A stretch of DNA of 28,624 bases from an uncultured Thermotogae bacterium (GTDB taxonomy: Bacteria > Bipolaricaulota > Bipolaricaulia > UBA7950 > UBA9294). Made by a program: the position numbers and the translations under genes. Positions 25,894 through 28,624 of this stretch are shown piece by piece (positions within the stretch are counted from its first letter, which is position 1; each line of letters opens with the position of its first letter). A model generated the notes under the pieces. It saw only the letters and a list, made by a program, of their open reading frames with translations, was not told where the DNA came from and made no database searches. Where the stretch lies: NCBI GenBank assembly GCA_964504085.1, contig CAZDDA010000001.1, positions 1 to 28,624 on the forward strand. Direction: 5' to 3'.

Positions 25894-26366
25894 GTATCAT
25901 CGCATCGCTGTTCGGTGCAACGGCCGGGAAGGTCATCAATTCAATCGGTGGCGTTCTCGGTCGCTTCATCGAGTCGCCCGAACAACGGCGAGCTGCCGAG
26001 CTTGAGATCGCGAATCTCATTCAGGCGCGCGATTCGGAGCTCGAGCAGACGATACGCTCTGAGATGGACGCGAAGGCTCGGGTTCTCGAGGCAGAACTGA
26101 AGCAGGACGACAACTTCACCAAGAGGGCCCGGCCGACTGTGGTGTACGCTGGCCTGGTTCTCGTCACAGTGAACAACGTCATTCTGCCATGGGTGTCGCA
26201 TTTTACAGGAGACGCACCGCCGTCAATCGAGATTCCCGGTGTGTTTTGGACCGCATGGGCCGGCATCTGCGCAACCTGGGTGATTGGCAGGACTGCTGAG
26301 AAACGAGGCGCTGGAAATCAACTCACACGCTTGATCACGGGAGGCTCAGTCCGAGCAGGAGAGTGA
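25890..26366 (+). CDS. 3TM holin family (GTA_holin_3TM-like, 158 aa)
   Basis: GTG 25890 overlapping the upstream stop. E...D.FTKRARP...Y and W..IGRT.EK motifs characteristic of this family. Confidence 0.85.
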   Translation: MSIIASLFGATAGKVINSIGGVLGRFIESPEQRRAAELEIANLIQARDSELEQTIRSEMDAKARVLEAELKQDDNFTKRARPTVVYAGLVLVTVNNVILPWVSHFTGDAPPSIEIPGVFWTAWAGICATWVIGRTAEKRGAGNQLTRLITGGSVRAGE

Positions 26367-26420
26367 TGTTTGTGGCGGGCGTGGCGGTGGGAGCGGCTGG
26401 CAACGCATATGATATGATGG

Positions 26421-26451
26421 AAAAACCCCCCGCGCGTTGAACGCAGAGGGT
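26421..26451 (-). terminator. Intrinsic terminator closing the minus-strand accessory block
   Basis: Minus strand ACCCTCTGCG-TTCAA-CGCGCGGGGGG followed by TTTTT. Confidence 0.6.
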
Positions 26452-26479
26452 ATGTTTCCGCAGTATGTTCGCAAACCTG

Positions 26480-26674
26480 TTAATGCTTGGCGAGTAGCCT
26501 ATCCACACGAGTTCTGACTAACCGCCTTGTGCGTTCGTCCTCCGTCGCCTCCGCTGGGCCTCGCTTCGTTGGTTGTTCCCGGGTCATCTTGCGTACCGTC
26601 TCCTGCATACTCCTCTCGCGATTGCGGAGCAACTCCGTCAGGTCCCGTCCCCGTACTAGTGTCTGTTTTTTCAT
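26480..26674 (-). CDS. Small helical protein nested in the 3' end of the protease gene (64 aa, alternative frame)
   Basis: Charged helical sequence. The overlapped part of the protease frame is low-complexity. Possible SD GAAGGGA. Confidence 0.45.
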   Translation of the reverse strand: MKKQTLVRGRDLTELLRNRERSMQETVRKMTREQPTKRGPAEATEDERTRRLVRTRVDRLLAKH

Positions 26675-27581
26675 TTTCAGGTGTCTTCCCTTCGTTGAGA
26701 TCTAGTCCCAAACCATCTGGGAGGCTAATCTCAGTTGAGAGAAACATAACCTCATCCATCTTCGATAGGGTAATAGGTGCCCGGGCATGCTCTCCCAGAC
26801 TTTTTGCCAACACCGATTCCTCGTGAGTCGGCGCGCGCACATTGTCGAATAACTTTCTAGCCTCTTCCCTGTCGATGACGAAACCATGTGAAGGATACCC
26901 GGATATTATGTGATCGAGTCCTTCGCAGTTTGTGTTTGCTCCCACCTCCAACAAGATCTGTCCGTAATGATCTGCTATCTGCACCGCCCGTGCTGCTTCT
27001 CCAACATGGAGAGGATCTATCTGTCGTATTAGGGGGGCATATATGCCGGTTACAAGCTGAGTTGCGATGTCTGCCGCAGTTTTGACCTTAATGGCACCGC
27101 CGCTACCACCTTCAATTTGCAGGAAGAACCGTTCGAAGGCCAAATATGCCCTGCTCTGCAATGTCGACAGAGCCGCGGTTACTGTTAGTCCGGATTGCAT
27201 GTCCCATAGTTCATCCTTCTTTGACATCTGTACGTCAAGTGGCCCGAGTTCGCCATGGTCGTCAAAAACTAACTCATGAGCTCCAATGGCCACGAGTGTG
27301 CCGGCGCTCTTACAAAACCCAGATACGTAGAGGTGGAATTGTTGATACTGTGTTTGCAAGCACCGGGCCATACGGAACGCAACGTCTGGGCTGCCACCAG
27401 GTGTGACGAGGAGTAGGATCGCGTTGGGCCGTCTATTTCTCTCAGAAACTGCCGAAATCAGTTTGAGGCAAACTGGCCTGTCGAGGTTCCCATTGTAGAA
27501 GAGCACGTCCGCATCGAGCTGTTCGGCGACGGCATCGGCGCGTTCTATGATCGAGATCTCTTGTGTGTCTTCAGGCGTCAT
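26499..27581 (-). CDS. SDH-family ClpP-fold serine protease (360 aa)
   Basis: LVTPGG, CKSAGTL (catalytic Ser), GELGPLDVQ, IDP and YPSHGFVIDREEA motifs. Confidence 0.88.
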   Translation of the reverse strand: MTPEDTQEISIIERADAVAEQLDADVLFYNGNLDRPVCLKLISAVSERNRRPNAILLLVTPGGSPDVAFRMARCLQTQYQQFHLYVSGFCKSAGTLVAIGAHELVFDDHGELGPLDVQMSKKDELWDMQSGLTVTAALSTLQSRAYLAFERFFLQIEGGSGGAIKVKTAADIATQLVTGIYAPLIRQIDPLHVGEAARAVQIADHYGQILLEVGANTNCEGLDHIISGYPSHGFVIDREEARKLFDNVRAPTHEESVLAKSLGEHARAPITLSKMDEVMFLSTEISLPDGLGLDLNEGKTPENEKTDTSTGTGPDGVAPQSREEYAGDGTQDDPGTTNEARPSGGDGGRTHKAVSQNSCG

Positions 27582-27645
27582 CTAGTCAACCTTATCTTGC
27601 AATACGCCATAAAATGCCGGTTTGTTCCTGTTTGTCTAGGGTGTT

Positions 27646-27666
27646 CCTCACCATCTCCACGCATCC
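27646..27666. repeat. 21-bp direct repeat copy A (CCTCACCATCTCCACGCATCC)
   Basis: Exact match to 28309-28329. Confidence 0.9.
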
Positions 27667-27667
27667 A

Positions 27668-28252
27668 TCATACCGTTCCCTGCGGAATGTCGGGAAGGCT
27701 TCTACGGTGGCCGTGATCGAACGGCCGGCCTTTCCCAAGAGTTCGTACAACTTCCATAAGGCTGCCGTGCCGAACAAGAACCATCATTAAAGGCTCTTGT
27801 ATGGCATCGACAGCACCTCGCAATCCTGAGATACCAGCTGATTCGAGCGCCTTCGGGTCACCAGTATGAATCGCCTCAATCTCTTCAACCACGAGCGTTG
27901 AAATGGCATGTTGGAGGTGTGCCATAGTCTCTGCGACCCGCCCCTCACCGAACGCCAACGCCACCTTGACCACACATGCTTTCGATTTCACCTGTGACAC
28001 CAGGCGGTCACCGATGGTGTTGAGACGGTTTTCCCACGTGCGCGACATTTCTTTGTTATGTGGTTTTGCCAGCGCGCGCTCCAACATCTCCCGTGCCGCA
28101 AACAGCTGATTCCGCAACGCATCAACGTCCTCTACCCACGCGGAGACTTCCATGGCAACGCGGCGTCGAAATGCAACCTGTTCGTAGAACATGTTGACGA
28201 GTACTGCCAGAAGTGCACCGAGGATACCTGACAACAAGACATCGACACTCAT
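27668..28252 (-). CDS. Membrane-anchored hypothetical protein (194 aa)
   Basis: N-terminal TM helix VLLSGILGALLAVLVNMFY followed by helical soluble domain. Confidence 0.75.
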   Translation of the reverse strand: MSVDVLLSGILGALLAVLVNMFYEQVAFRRRVAMEVSAWVEDVDALRNQLFAAREMLERALAKPHNKEMSRTWENRLNTIGDRLVSQVKSKACVVKVALAFGEGRVAETMAHLQHAISTLVVEEIEAIHTGDPKALESAGISGLRGAVDAIQEPLMMVLVRHGSLMEVVRTLGKGRPFDHGHRRSLPDIPQGTV

Positions 28253-28308
28253 AGAATCCTCGAATCACAACCTAGCATGCCCATTTTTCGCTCCTCGTCT
28301 ATCCTTTC

Positions 28309-28329
28309 CCTCACCATCTCCACGCATCC
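28309..28329. repeat. 21-bp direct repeat copy B
   Basis: Exact match to 27646-27666, 663 bp apart. Confidence 0.9.
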
Positions 28330-28377
28330 CTCACACGTGGTGGGGTTTCCGGCGGGATGTAGCGGGCACGCTGTCTT

Positions 28378-28611
28378 TTACTTGGTTCTGGTGTATTTGA
28401 AATAGTATACGTGCCACGTGCCAGCTGCGTCAGACCCGCCCGCGTGCGCTTGGCAGCCGTATTGCTGCGCGGCATTCGTCTCGTGCGCCTGGGCATCCTC
28501 CCGTCTGGCGTACCGCGCCAGGATTGTCCAGTTCGTCATTCCGACAACATGCCTATCCCAGTACTTCTTGCGTCCGTCAGGATCTGTCGTGATTCCTACT
28601 CTGCATGGCAT
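28378..28611 (-). CDS. Small GIY-YIG-like hypothetical protein (77 aa)
   Basis: SD GGAGGT. The RVGITTDPDGR..YW...A..HE pattern recalls a minimal GIY-YIG core. Confidence 0.7.
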   Translation of the reverse strand: MPCRVGITTDPDGRKKYWDRHVVGMTNWTILARYARREDAQAHETNAAQQYGCQAHAGGSDAAGTWHVYYFKYTRTK

Positions 28612-28624
28612 GTCCTACCTCCAT

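Larger units (their letters stand above)
1..28624 (+). mobile_element. Lambda-like temperate siphophage, late region plus accessory block (partial genome)
   Basis: Colinear terminase-portal-protease-decoration-capsid-neck-tail-tape measure-tail tip-lysis order, plus a tRNA-derived att site. Confidence 0.96.

Noticed and set aside
27667-27777. 5' part of the 61-aa track ORF 27592-27777
   Set aside because: It overlaps the TM gene in another frame. Only the last ~25 codons have a paralogue at 28249-28329.
27646-28329. Integron attC cassettes
   Set aside because: No RYYYAAC...GTTRRRY boxes or long imperfect palindrome at the gene ends. The repeat is direct and non-palindromic.

Overview
The window is the late (virion and lysis) half of a lambda-like temperate tailed phage, all on the + strand, followed by a short minus-strand accessory block. 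It opens with what looks like an intact attP: the 3' half of a tRNA-Pro(GGG), flanked on both sides by the same arm-type repeats and IHF-like sites, with no integrase in the window. Two small Cys-rich genes and a module of probable fibre or decoration genes precede the packaging genes. Next come a gpZ-like gene, an HNH nuclease, TerS/TerL (GpA type), a tandem gpW-like adaptor, lambda-type portal, S49 protease/scaffold, decoration protein D and major capsid protein E. The tail region has the neck genes, tail tube, a second gpZ paralogue, G/GT chaperones with a -1 slippery site, tape measure and tail-tip proteins. The lysis cassette has an M15 endolysin and three membrane proteins. The accessory block carries an SDH-type ClpP-fold protease with a nested ORF, a membrane protein and a GIY-YIG-like mini-protein. 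The most unusual features are: (1) two near-identical 51-nt leader/terminator elements, each behind a similar promoter-like sequence, gating the two structural blocks; (2) an exact 21-bp repeat that begins paralogous 20-22 aa mini-ORFs in front of consecutive accessory genes; (3) duplicated or displaced neck genes. All product calls come from motif recognition by eye and synteny, and no database searches were run.
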